A DNA stretch of 64,000 nucleotides from Paragordius varius (lineage: Eukaryota; Animalia; Nematomorpha). Below the pieces are notes generated by a model. That model did not search any database and was not told where the DNA came from. It saw only the letters and a program-made list of their open reading frames with translations. The position numbers and the translations under genes were made by a program. Shown here one piece after another: positions 40,101 to 53,610 of this stretch (position 1 is the stretch's first letter; every line of letters starts with the position of its first letter). The stretch is from the NCBI GenBank assembly GCA_964247055.1, contig OZ176054.1, positions 11,160,001 through 11,224,000 of the forward strand. The letters are read 5' to 3'.

Positions 40101-43100
40101 TGGGAAAGTATAATATAATTACCTTGTATATATCCATGTTCGGCTAAAAATGCTTGGAAATCAGGCTTGGAATTTTCAGAACTATCTTTGTCCAATGCAT
40201 CATATCCAAAGATTTTGTTATCCTAAAATATAATCTTAAAACATAACTCTGGATTCATATTTTAAAACGAATTTGGAATAACTAATGTCGCAATAAATTT
40301 TATAGATTTGATTCAAATATGCTTTTTTGACAATTGGTTGGTCAAGTATTTTGAAGTTTCCGATTTGCAAATAACATTTCTGTTTTTCCCATCTGATTGG
40401 GAAGGTTTCCCCCTCATTAGCATATACCACACTTTTACCTAATAATGAATACAAATGATTAAGCAAATTTAACTCATTTTAATTTCTGGCACCAATATTA
40501 TAATCGGTCTGTAAAATTTTTTTATCTTATTACATTTTACGGTCCAAATTATATGATGATACGTTATTATACATGAAAAAATTCCATTGTTACTGAAAAC
40601 AAAAATTGTAAATTTAATTTTTTTTATTTATAATATGGTTGAATCTTGTTTTTACAGTGGACAATGGTATAAAATAACCCCTTTATTTCAAAAATATCGT
40701 CTATAAAGTAATTAACTCCTGATGTTATTTGATGAATAAATCTCTACAAACTCTGGAGTTTGTGGATATTTTGCATGCACACACAAAAAAATGACAAAAT
40801 ACATATTATCTGATACAAAAATATATCAGGGTTCTCAAGTACTATTTAAAACTTACAATTTTGTATTCGAATCGCAAAACTTGCGCTCATTATGTAAATA
40901 TATTTTTTTACATCATTCATGCTTAGAAAGCAAAACAATATTGATCAAATTTTAATTCTTTTATGCGGGATCCGATAGTCTCAAATTTCTGACCGCCTTT
41001 AAGACTAACGCCAAAATTTTAAGATATTCTGATAAGAATATTTAATACTGGGAGATTATGAAAAAAGAATATATTTTTGGAAAATATATACTTTTATTTA
41101 AAAATTTAATTTTTAGTAAAATTTGGATAAACCACATTTTATGGTGTTTTGGAGCACGGTAAAGCGGTCCGGACATATTATAAATGCTTTCTTCTTCATA
41201 TAAATTAAATATAAAGTGAGTTGTACCTAGATTCCAAAAAAAACTTTTTGAAAATGGATAATAGAAATGTTAATCATTATCGATTGATATGGGAAAGGTG
41301 TTTTTTCCCCGCTGTGAAGATCAATGCATTACGAGTGGGTAGGGATTGCCTTGACGGCAGGTGGCCGACGATCTTCCGACGCTACACCCTTTACTTGTTG
41401 TTATGTTACCATGCTTTTAAATACCATAAAGTACGGTCACTAAAATTTTGCTAAAATTCAAATTTTTAAGCAACGTTTCATTGCATTTTTTTATAGATTT
41501 TAATTTTTGATGTGTTATAATCTATATTAAAATTTAGTGTATTTTAAAAAAATTAGCCCGTTTTAGAGGGGAATTTTCGACTTTCAGAGGCTGCGTCTAA
41601 AATCATAATAAATATTATATATTTTTTTACTTATAAATATAGTTTATGATATAATAATGGTATATTTAGAATGAATTAGATTTTAACAGAAAACTTTATT
41701 TGATAAAATCTGGGCTAATTTTGTGCTGATATGGATTACCGAAAAAGTTGAAATATTTTTATTAAATACTAAGTCGCAAAACCATAAACACTATGATAAT
41801 ATAATATACCATTTACAGTTCAAATTCACCTTTGAACAATTCAAATTCACCCTTGAACAATTCAAATTCACCCTCGAACAATTCAAATTCACCTTCAAAC
41901 AATTCCAATTCACCCTCGAACAATTCAAATTCACCTTAAAAATTAATTATGATTTTCGAACTAATATAACTAATTATTAATATGAAATATATGTTTATGG
42001 TATATTTTATTATTTTTTAAGTATTATTTTTATTGAAAACATAATTTTTATTTTTTAAAAATATATAGAATATAGGTAATTTTTAATCTTAAAAAACTTA
42101 TATTTTTTTGAGGGTGAAATTGAATTGTTCGAGGGTGAATTTTAATTGTTCAAGGGTTAATTTGAATTGTTCAAGGGTGAATTTGAATTGTTTATGGGTG
42201 AAATCGAATTGTAAATGGTATATATCATCTATCAGATTAAAATATTTTCTATAATTGATTTCATGCATGCGTAATGAGTCAATTAAAAGTTAAATTAAAT
42301 CATTTCTTTATAGTCTAGTCATTTCCGTGGAATAATATTAAGTATAAATAGGAAATATCTGGATATAAAACAATAATTAATAATTTCAATTTTAATTTAT
42401 CTAGAGAAGTCGTGATATGAAAAGTAAGCAAAGTATTTTTTCATGCACCTAATAAAATACAAAAAAACACAAGACCACAACATACCATTTTGCGATCTAA
42501 AAATATGGCTTAACCGCTACAACCCTAAAATAAACTTTAAAATTGGCAGAGTTGATTAAATTTTTAAAAAATTATGCTGCATAATTAACTTTTAGACGAA
42601 AACTAATCTTTCTTTTAGCTCAACAACATTTTAAAAGATTTACTTCAAATCTTGTTATATATATGTATTGACAAGCAATTTAAATGCATACGGTAAAATG
42701 TTTAGTGTCTTTCCCTAATTTTTAACATTGTTCGTATATTTTTAACGTTGCTTGTTTTTATCATTTTGAGAAAATTTAATCAGCCCCATTTACTTTTGAA
42801 TTATGTTATTTTTTTATCTTTTTTTGCCCTAAAAATTTTAATTTGTAATTTCAACAGAGTTTTAAAATGTAGAATGCTTAGTATTAGCAAGTTCTTATAT
42901 TAAAAACATAATTAACCAGTTAACCTGAGATGGTAAAACAAAGAATATGAATTTTTAAACTGATGCTTTAAAGATTATTTCCAAACCAATATTATAAAAT
43001 ATTCTTGATTATATATTAAAATCTGATATTTCATTTTAGACGCTTTACTACATCATAAAGGCCGAAGCTTCTTGAAACACAAAGTTATCAGTTATGGGGT

Positions 43101-43588
43101 TTATAATTTATGAATCAAAAATTATAAGCCAATTTGATTCATAAATAACCATGTAATAGCGAAAAATGTCTGCTTAAGACAGTTTTTTATTTTCCTTGTT
43201 AAAGGCAATGAATATGCTTTATTTTGTTTTCAATTTTGACAATGTCTATTACACCCTTTTCTATTGCTATCAGCCTTTTTATCTGGTTATTTTGCATATG
43301 CTTGTGCAGAATAATTAAAGTTACCCAATCTGATTATTCCTTTAAATTCAACACGTTGGTTTGTTTCATTTTTGTAACATACAAAATGTCTATCCATATG
43401 TCTATATTCAACAATTTCAGTGCGCTCATAAATGGTATAATTATGTTTATAACATTTGTCTTTTCCAGTTTTTTTGATGCCTGTGAACAACGTATTCGAA
43501 CTAAGATTCCTATAGTCGTCGAGCACATTAATGTAGCAATTATAGTTTGAAAGTTTATCTCCCCGCTTTACATAGTGAGATTTATTCT
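37114..43588 (-). CDS. Uncharacterised modular (Ig-like?) protein, paralogue 1; identified exons 43588-43325, 40438-40248, 40222-40123, 38986-38942, 37422-37114; other exons unresolved
   Basis: Open exons with AG/GT ends and compatible phases; exon-by-exon homology with the paralogue at 53611-60004 and identical intron positions. Confidence 0.7.
39157..39710. mobile_element. MITE family C
   Basis: TTTTAGATGTGGGCTCC...GAACTCACATCTAAAA inverted ends. Confidence 0.75.
40965..41602. mobile_element. Degenerate family C copy containing a GC-rich insert
   Basis: TAGTCTCAAATTT at the left end and GACTTTCAGAGGCTGCGTCTAAAA at the right resemble family C ends. Confidence 0.45.
41807..42220. mobile_element. 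MITE family A, best-preserved copy
   Basis: About 6 left and about 5 right copies of TTGAACAATTCAAATTCACCC in inverted orientation; TACCATTTAC termini in TA context. Confidence 0.9.
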
Positions 43589-45703
43589 CTAAACATGATA
43601 TACGATTATAAAAATGTGAATTCAACTAATTTACATTACAAATTAAGTATAAAAAATATATATTTGGTCGCTATTTTTTAATGTTTATATTTATAATAAA
43701 CGATTTTAATATCGTGGTATACACAAAATATACAAATTTTCGGGTTTAAATAATCCGATAAAATAAACTTTGACGCATTTTAATTAATATTTTTTATAAT
43801 TTTTTTAAAAATGTTTAATAGATCATATTAAAATTAAAATTATACGGGCAAACATAGATTATTTTTTTATAAAACATAACCATATTTTTTAATAGCCTTT
43901 TGGGTGCATTTTAAAAAATAATTTTTAAACGTATGTAAAAAATCTTTATCATATTTTAAGCGTTTTTTTTTTCATTTCGATATTCGGTAGCTCAGGCTTT
44001 TAGTTTTGTAATGATTATAATAATATATCATTTTTTTGTATGCAATGCTTTAACTTGTATTACGCTATGTTGGATGCGATTACATTTTGGGGTACTTTTG
44101 TACCCCGGAGCTTAAATTTGTAAATAATGAAATTTTTTTTACAAAACATAGTTTAATCATTGTTTTCCCATTTAAAAAGTTACAGATTTCTATTTTATAG
44201 AGTCTAAAATTACGGTTAAAAAGCTAACAGCCTTTATCAAAATGGGAATATCAAAAATTTTAAAAATATAATTTGAAAGCTTTCCAAAGTAACTATTTAC
44301 TTTTTTTCGTATAATATTCATTTCTGTCTTTTGTACAAGCGTTTTAAAAATGCAAAAAAATGCCGGAATCTTACTAATAATAAATCTTTAAATCGCTATG
44401 GGAAACTAACCAAAAGGGTATAAAATGTTAAACAAACTTTTTGTTTTGCTAATAGTGCATTTTGTATTAATTAAAACGGTAAAAATTGTCAATTTTTTTA
44501 AAAATATTTTAATACCTGTTGTGGTAGTTTTGAATACAGAAGGATTTAAGTTTAATCAAATATAAAAATATATGCTTTCTTTAGCCTTTTGGGCGTACAA
44601 AAAAATAAAATTATAAATAAATCCTAATCCTTTATCGCCCCTATTTTATTTATTTTGGATAATTTTTCATTATAAAACTGTCATATATATGTATATTTTC
44701 CGTAAAAATGTAAATAAATAACTTTTTAAAGTTTTCGAAACATAGCAGCAAACTTTTTAGAGAAATTAATTCTATTTTCCTTTTCCAATCCTTTTTTGGA
44801 CCTATCCCAATCGCCTAAATGATTTTACCAAAAATATATTTTTCAATTATAGGGGAACAATGTTTGATAAAATTCAAAACCAAACATTCAAAGCAATATA
44901 TTATATACAAATTATAGCGGGTTAGGTTACAAAACACCCCAAAGTAATAAATAGTCTACAACAAATGAAAGGGCAATAAAAGTAAAGAATGGATGATAAA
45001 CACAGAATTTTAATAATTTTTAATTCATTAATAATAATATTAGATTACCACGAATATTGATTGTAAAGTTTAACATCTCTAGGCTTTCAAAACTTTTGTA
45101 TGGTGATTTCCCATAATCTAAATAAATAAATAAAAAATTTTGAGGAAAATTAAACTATCATTGTAACTATTATCGTTGTGAAAAACATTGCTCTTTACGA
45201 CGTTAACTTATTAGGTAACTCTAAATTATTTTTTTTTAAATTTCAAATAAATGATGATTATTTATCTTTTAATCTGAATCATAAATAAACCAGGGACGCG
45301 AAAAATTTGAACTATAATAGCAATAATATAGTCATGAAATATTAGCAAAAGATATTACTTAAACAAATTATTTAAATCTAATTGGCAACTAACCGAAAAG
45401 TTGTTATCTTTTATTTAAAATTTACAGATGACCATCTAATAAAATATTCATGAATGCCCATGCATATATTTCGAATGAGACCCGCCAGATTTTTTGAGTC
45501 AAAAAAGCGGCCTGAAAAACCTTTTGTCTTGAATCTGATTTAGACAATAACCTTGAAATCAAACACTTATTAGCAATCATTAACAATCTACTATCGTTTA
45601 TAATATTTTTAGATATTATTATTTTGAAAACATTAATTATTAACAAAATATTCGAATATAAACGCAAATTATTATCATCATAAATAAAATTTATTTATTT
45701 AAA

Positions 45704-46445
45704 CACTGTGCGCAAAAACCAACGAATTTATTTGCCGCAAAAAAATTTATTTGTTGACGACCTATTGAAATATTTAGAGATAGTCAAAATCGGGCAAAAA
45801 AATAAGGATAACCAAAAAATAACGATAAAACTTGGGATATTAAGATTCACTATTATTTTCTTCAGTATACGATTTACAAATAGTCTCATATAGTCAGGGA
45901 TTTTATTACTCAGATCAAAAATCATGTTTATAGTTAATACACAAATTTTTTTTATTAAACATTAAATTTTTTTAATTTATTACTATTAAAATCTTAACAT
46001 TAATATTTTACGCAGTAAATTTTTTAAAATAAATCTAAAAATAATGTTTTCATTTTTTGTCATCTTGTTGATGAGTTTATAACTTACTGAAGTTTTTTGA
46101 TTACATGACGGATTGCAGATTATATAAATTAATGCAAATACAAGTAAGCGAATATCAACCGAAAATTCGCACAATCCAATAAAAAATATAAATTTGACTT
46201 AAAACAAACTTGTTACTGGGATTTGTACAGATTGTTACTTGATATTTAATCCTATTTTGTTTATATTTATAAAATGTAATCTCAAAAATAATGAAAATTT
46301 TTAATCACCCAAGTTATATCATTATTTGGTTATCCTTAATTTTCACTTTTTGCCCGATTTTGATTATCATCTAAATATTTCAAAAACTAGGTCGTCAACA
46401 AATAAAAATTTCGGCAAATGAATTCTCTGGTTTTTGCGCACAGTG
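45704..46445. mobile_element. Family B long-TIR element (shorter copy)
   Basis: CACTGTGCGCAAAAACCA...TGGTTTTTGCGCACAGTG perfect terminal inverted repeat. Confidence 0.85.
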
Positions 46446-46949
46446 TTTTAGGCGCTCTGTGCCAAATCAAATTTTTAATATTAATCATTTTATATTCAAA
46501 TGAAAAAAACGTTCTGTGTCTAGCCAAATACATTTATGTATCTGTTAAGTTAGATCCTACTGTCGTAGACACAAACGCACCTATATAATTGTAAACACCT
46601 ATAACTCTTTGTGATACACCTAGTTAATGTTAATTGATGCTTCAAGCAAAATAGTTAGCATATAATTTCTGTATTATAACATCACACACACATACTTGAT
46701 TTCTGGTATTTAATAAATGTTTTCTGTGTAATATAACTTTACTTCTTTCATTGGCGCGGTAACAAACCTGGCAAAAATTTCTCTGGAAAGCTTTGATGAA
46801 AAGGAATTGACTGATCTTGATTTCTGGTATTTAATAAATGTTTTCTGTGTAATATAACTTTACTTCTTTCATTGGTGCGGTAATAAACCTGGCAAATTTC
46901 TCTGGAAAGCTTTGATGAAAAATAAAATTTTGACCTATACATTCAGCGA

Positions 46950-49900
46950 ATGCTAGCTGCAAAAAAGATGACAGCTAACGACGACGGCAAGACGTTATTT
47001 CTCGCTTACGCAGGAATGTCGGTCACAAAGAAATTCGACCGATTCCTTTTCCCAAATTCGCTTGATAATACCTCCTGGCCGGACATCATTGAAGCCGGCA
47101 GGAATATTTACGAATCGAATAGGATAAACATATTCCAGGCCAGATTCAATTTCGTAAAACTTCGTCGGAAAGGAAATGAAACTTTTACGGAATTTCTTTT
47201 ACGAATCAAAACCGAAGCCGCAAAATGCAAATTCAAGCTTGACATCTATGAGAAAATGCGCGACGTGTTCATTGCAGGCCTGGGACTGAAAAAATTAGAA
47301 CTAGATCCGTTTACTAGATTCCCCGATGCTACGTGGGGAAACGAAGCTGTATCCCTCAAATAAGTGGTAGACATTGCCCTCAACTATGAAAAAGCACATC
47401 AACTAACAACAATAGATGGCCAGATATTGCAGACTAAAGTTCGGAAATACCAAAACAAGTGTCAATTCTGCGGGTTAGGTCATGCACCCGGCAGATGCCT
47501 AGCTTGGGGCAAACAATGTTATAAGTGCCAAGGCTGGAATCACTTCCAACCGTGCTGTAAGAAGAAAAAGATTATCAACGTTCAGCATGTCGAATCTGGA
47601 TCCACCCCCAAAATAACAATAATAATAAATGGCAACATGATTATAGACACAGGTTCAAGCGTATCTATAATTGATTGTCAAGCGTGGGAAAAATTGGGGA
47701 GCCCTAGTTGCAAAAAACAGGCCAGATTCGTATAGCTATGGTGGCCAAAGAATCAATTCCAAGGGTAGTTGTATGGTCACGGCAAAATCTTTGGCGTGTA
47801 TGGTTGTAAGCGGCAAGAAGGCCCCATCAATTCTTGGTTGGGATTGGCTACAAGAATTCCCGAATGCCATAAAACAGTCGATAAATTGTCGTAAATGTTT
47901 TAATATTAATACATTTGAGGAAAATTCTCTTGTTAATAAATTTAATTGATATTTTTGTGAAAAGTTAGGGTGTTTTTAAAAAACAATACAAAACCAAAAA
48001 TTTTTAAGTGTCGCCGCATCCCGATACCGCTAAAAGAAAAAGTCGACTCTAAAATTAAGAGACTTTTAGAAGCGGACATAATCAAACCATTAGACCCTAC
48101 GACTGAGAAACTAACCTGGGTCACTCCTATTGTTTGTATAACAAAAGCGAATGGTGCTTTAAGGTTATGTGCAGATTATCGTATTGCCATAAATCCGCAT
48201 CTAGTAGATGTCATTTATAATATGCAGACATTTGACCAATTAGTAGTTTCCAAAATAGGATTAGGAGAATCATTTTCGGTAATCGATTTGAAAGACGCAT
48301 ATCTGCAATTGCCAATAGATCAAGAAAGTCAAAAGTTACTAACAATTACCACACCCCTAGGGGATTTTACCTATAAAAGGCTTCCCTTTGGCCTAACAAG
48401 CGCTCCCTGCATTTTTCAAAGATTAATGGATAAAATTTTAGGTGACTGCTTAGGAACAGCTGTATATTTAGACGATATTTTAATAAAAGGAAAAAACCGC
48501 AACGAACATAAAAGAAGCTTAGAAAAGGTATTTAAGCGTTTAGACGAATCTGGTTTAAAATTAAGTAAAAGCAAACTAAATCTTTTCAACCGTCGTAAGC
48601 TATTTGGGGTATGTTATTTCAAAAAACGGCATATCAGCCGCCGATAAAGTTAAAGACATACAAGACTTCCCAAGACCCACTGAAACAACACTCAAGTCCT
48701 TCTTGGGCTTAATAAATTTTCACACACGATTCCTCCCGAAATTGCATGGAAGTTTGGCTATACTTCACGACCTAAGCAGTTATAAAAAACCCTGGATATG
48801 GACCAAAAACCACGAGGATTGCTTTAACAGAGCCACAAATTCAATATGTCATACTGTTAAACTCCGTTCAACCCTGGGTTACCTATAATAATCAAAACAG
48901 ACGCCTCGAATAAAGGGTACGGAGCTGTATTACTACAGACCACGCAGTAGGATATAAATAAACCCATTGCCTACGCATCTAGAAAGTGGTCTAAACCCGA
49001 AGAAAATTATTCAGTGATAGAAAAGGAATCACAAGCCATACTTTTCGCTTTTGAAAAATTTAGAACGGTTTATTACGGGGAAGAAATTTGAACTGCGTAC
49101 TGATCACAAACCACTAATAAAGATGTTTGGAAAAAATCGTAAACTAGACCAAATTAATAATTCCAATCTACTACGTTGGATATATAAAGCTAGCGAATTT
49201 AATTACAATCTACGGTACATTAAAAGCCACGAAAACATTGCAGATCCATTGTCCCGCATGCCGACAGAACCACAACAACAAGACACAGAAAGCCTTCAAA
49301 CAGCAGAAAATGTAAGATTTGTCAATAGTAATCTATTCAATATAAATCGTGACCATATTAGAAGCCAGACCGAAACCGACCCTGTATTCGAACAGGTAAT
49401 AAGAGCACTAAGAACAAACAACTCGTCCAATAAAATATTATATCCATTTCACAGTTTTAGAAATGAAATTGAAAATACATACGGGCTATTATATTGGCAT
49501 GATAGATTAATAATTCCCGAATCTCAAAAAATAAATACACAATTATTACACTTCGGATCCAAAGCAATGTACGAACAAGCAAAACAAATAGTCTTTTGGC
49601 ACAACATGGAAAGCGACATAAAAAAGTGGGTAGATACGTGTAAAAAGTGTCAAGAAAACCGTCCGATGCGAAAACTGAATCCTACATACAATTGGAACAC
49701 GAATACAGCATATGGGAGAGATTACATCTAGATATAGCAGCGAACAATTATTATTGGATATAACTTATTAACAGTTATTCTCGGTGGGTCGAAGTTAAAC
49801 TATCGAACATGATATCGACCAAAAATATCTTAAATCTAGACGAATGTTTCAGTCGATATGGATTTCCAAGAATGATAGTAACCGACAACGCGTCTTACTT

Positions 49901-50300
49901 TCCATCTGAGGAGTTAAAAAAATTCATGGAAACGGGAAACATTAAACATGTAACATCAGTTCCCATCATCCAAAAACGAACGGAATGGTGGAACGAGTAA
50001 TATATACCCTAAAAACATTATCGGTCAGCAGAAGACGGTGACCCACAATCAAAAATAAATAACAGGCTTTGGGGATACCGCACTAACATACACAGTGCTA
50101 CAAATACATGTCCCGCTCTGCTTTTCCTAAAACGTACCCTACCCAATCCAATCACATGACTACAATATCAACAAACAGACTTCTTAGACTATGTACAACC
50201 GAATCACAAATACCATGAAAACGAAAAAGTATACATAAAAAATGAACTAGCAAATGGTTGGCGAGAAGGAATTGTAAATAAACGACTCGGAATACTCTCA
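46950..50300 (+). pseudogene. Fragmented gag-pol of gypsy element 2
   Basis: Knuckles CQFCGLGH...CLAWGKQCYKCQGWNH, protease IDTGS, RT motifs LCADYR, DLKDAYLQ and YLDD, RNase H TDHKPL, IN IVTDNASYF; many stops and frameshifts. Confidence 0.92.
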
Positions 50301-50687
50301 TATGAAATACAAGATGATAACAAAATCATCCGAAAACCCGCCGACCAACTGAGACCAAGGGAAGGAGGTAAAAGAATAATGGGTAAGACATTTCTCCCGA
50401 AACCCCACCATCGCATGACTTATATGTTAGGTACCCTACTGCCACCGAATCCCCGACATTACCTCCACCCCAACCCTCGGAACCCATCCTTGAGTTGCCA
50501 TCCCAACAAACACCCACTATAACACCTACCACTGACACTCACACAGAACGGCAATACCCTACACGTATCCGACACCCACCACATAGATATCAGGGACAGA
50601 GAAAGAGTGATGTTAGGTTAGATCCTACTGTCGTAGATACAAACGCACCTATATAATCGTAATCACTTATAACTCTTTGTGATACAC

Positions 50688-51392
50688 TAATGTGACCAGA
50701 TATTAATAACCCTGACACAGTACAAAATTAAATACTTTGCCTATTTTTTGCTTAAAAGCTCATTAGAAACAATTGAAAATATCCAACAAATAAATTTATG
50801 GTCCAGTTCCATTCGATTTTGGCTTAAAATTTTGGATTATTCCAATTCTATTTTTGAGTTTAATATAAAATATTTGTTGTGTGTGTGTGTCTGTGTGTGT
50901 ATGTGTTTAATATTAAAGTAAACTCAAACAAAATTTTATTATGCTAAAACTTATATGAAACAAAAATGAATTTACAAAACTTGATTAAATTACTATAAAT
51001 TTATTTTGTATTTATTTTAAATTTAAAATCGCTTTTGCTAAAGCCCGGAGTGAAAGGGCCATTAGCCTAAATCTAGAGTCTGATATTTATAGTTCCGCCA
51101 CTGCGCAAATTGGTGCATTCATAAGCGATTTGATCGGTCCAAAACCCAATTCCGTGTATATGCAGAAAATTAAAATTCTAAAAAGGCTATACTTTTTTAC
51201 CGCAAAAGGAACCATTTATTTTAACAAAGGGTACTCTATCAAATTCTACAAAAAAATTTTTTTAAATAAAAGGTAATTAAGACATATAAAAAAATTTATA
51301 AAAGCAGTACAAAAGTCAGCGCAGTACAGGCGCGGTTTTTTTTTCGAAAACCCAGTACTGTACTGCGAAAAACAGCCTATCTGGTCACTTTA
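50688..51392. mobile_element. 705-bp hAT-like MITE inserted in the 3' LTR of gypsy element 2
   Basis: 15-bp TIR TAATGTGACCAGATA / TAAAGTGACCAGATA (14/15); exact 8-bp TSD TGATACAC (50680-50687 and 51393-51400); subterminal CAGTAC repeats. Confidence 0.9.
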
Positions 51393-52119
51393 TGATACAC
51401 CTAGTTAATGTTAATTGATGCTTCAAGCAAAATAGTTATTATATAATTGCTGTATTATAATATCATACACACATGTTTGATTTCTGGTATTTAATAAATG
51501 TTTTCTGTATAATACAACTTTACTTCTTTCAGTATCCAAAAAATATGAGTTATGCCGAACCTGATGGCATAAATAAATTTATATTTATGGTGATAATAAT
51601 TTACGTTTATATTCGAGTATTTGGTTAATTAATGTTTTTTAAATATTAATTTCTAAAAATTTTATAAACAACAGCAGATAGTTAATGAATGCTAATAATT
51701 GTTTGATTTTAATGTTATTGTCTAAGTCAGAGTATTATATAAAAAATTTATGACAATATTGAAAAAATATATATAGATATTAATTTTATAAAATTAAAAA
51801 ATAAGACGTATTATAGCTTAAAACATACTTTTTACCCTTCCACCTTGAACATATGCATATTTGCTTTTGTTAAGTATTGCAATATAAGGCAAATTAAAAT
51901 TGCAATGTTTTTTTGTAAGATTTTCATGGTGAATGAACGAGTATAGGCAATACATCTTGTAATTTTCATGTTCAATTTCATGAAAACAAGCTTTTGACCA
52001 AATTAATGATTCTGTTTTTTTTGCCACTAAAAAGATCCAAAAATAATGTTTAATATTATTCAATGTTAAATGGATTGTTTTACAGCAAAAAATAAAAGTT
52101 TTATATTTAATAAGCATTA

Positions 52120-53171
52120 CACTGGACACCAAATTCTTCTGCCACTCGAGTTTTGCATTTTCTGGTATTTAGTATCATTTTAACAGTAAAATAAAAGTTA
52201 TAACTCCACGTAAGAATTTTGTATAATTTGAGTTTTTGATTATACGCCCTCTTTATCAAAATTCTACTAAAAAATGTTTTTCTTTGAAAATATACAAGTA
52301 ATGTCCATTTGTTATCATTCGAAAGAGTAATAAAAACTCTATAAAATGCATACTAATATGTTTTACACCGACAGTTAATATTAGACATAGAGAGCGACAA
52401 ACGCGCGAAGCGAGAGCATTTTTAATTAATATATTTTAAAACTAATGGATGAAAATAGCTTAAACTTTGTCTAGATGGTGGTGAATGTCCAAAAAAGAAA
52501 ACAAAAAAAGTTTTTTTGATTAAAACATTTTTTAATTGTTTTATGTCACATTTTTAAGTTTTTTGTTTTTTAAAAATTACCATCTCATCAATATTAGTTT
52601 ATTTTCTTTGCGAGGCTGATAATTTGGAAATTTTAAAGATAAAAACAAAGTTTAAGGTATTTTTGATCTTATATTCATTAAGTAATAAATTTACAGTTGT
52701 AACTATGCATTTTAGTATCCACTAGGTAAAAGATTTATGATAATATAATTTTTATTAATAAAGCACACCAAAAGCTTTTTCATCATTTTTTTAAAATCTA
52801 ATATATATATTATAATAATTTATATGATTTTCAAATTAGTTTGTTTGTGAAAATTTTTAAGGGTTGAAAATTTCGATCATATAAACCCAAATAACTTATA
52901 GATTGTTATAAATGACTTAATATCATTTGTATGATACAGTTTTTCACACTCTTTCGAATAATATAAAATACATGGCTTCATATCTAAAACTTTTAATTTT
53001 CAAAATTTCGAGTTTAATGTTAAATTAAGGCCAAAAATTACAGATAAACTCTAATATAAAAGATTCTTAGGTGTTAGACCAATTTTTTTTTCAGATATGC
53101 TAATTATGTACTTTAATGAAATAAATTTACAAGAATGGCAGTTAAAAAGAATCAAAATTTGTTGTCTAGTG
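52120..53171. mobile_element. CACT-terminated MITE (family D) with TTA target duplication
   Basis: CACTGGACACCAAATT...AATTTGTTGTCTAGTG. The paralogous empty site at about 36354-36370 reads AAGCA-TTA-TTTATCTGG. Confidence 0.8.
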
Positions 53172-53610
53172 TTATTTATCTGGCTTAATAACGCATTATC
53201 AATCGTAGTATGGGGGAAAAACAAAAAAATGTAAAAAAATTACATAAAATAAAGTAAGATAGGAAAAAATTGTTTAATCAACATTTAGCTGTTTTCTGCA
53301 TACACTAAGTGTGTTCAATGTACCAAATCTGAATGAGACAGCATTAAAATGCATACTGTAATAATTAAAAAAAGTATAAGGGTCTCATTGAAACGATAAA
53401 TCTACCAATCAGTCATACATTTTAATATTTGTATTCGGTTCTTTTAAGATTTGTAAACCGAATCAAAATTAAATTCCCTAATTAAAAAATTTGATTATCT
53501 CCAAAATTAAACATAAACCTTACAAATTTCTAAAGAAAAACACAAAAAAATAATTTTATGCAGTTTAAATATAATTATATATATATGTATATATATATAT
53601 AATATCTTAC

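Larger units (their letters stand above)
46543..51531 (+). mobile_element. Ty3/gypsy LTR retrotransposon 2 (Mag-like), degenerate
   Basis: 208-bp LTRs (46543-46750; 50611-50687 plus 51401-51531), TG...CA ends, TSD GTATC (46538-46542 and 51532-51536), PPT AGGGACAGAGAAAGAGTGA. Confidence 0.95.

Noticed and set aside
41825-41845. TTGAA-CAA-TTCAA as a heat-shock element
   Set aside because: HSE needs nGAAnnTTCn (2-nt spacing); the spacing here is 3 nt.
44088-44105. Perfect hairpin GGGGTAC-TTTT-GTACCCC (possible Helitron 3' hairpin or terminator)
   Set aside because: No CTRR end follows, and bacterial-type terminators are irrelevant in this eukaryotic context.
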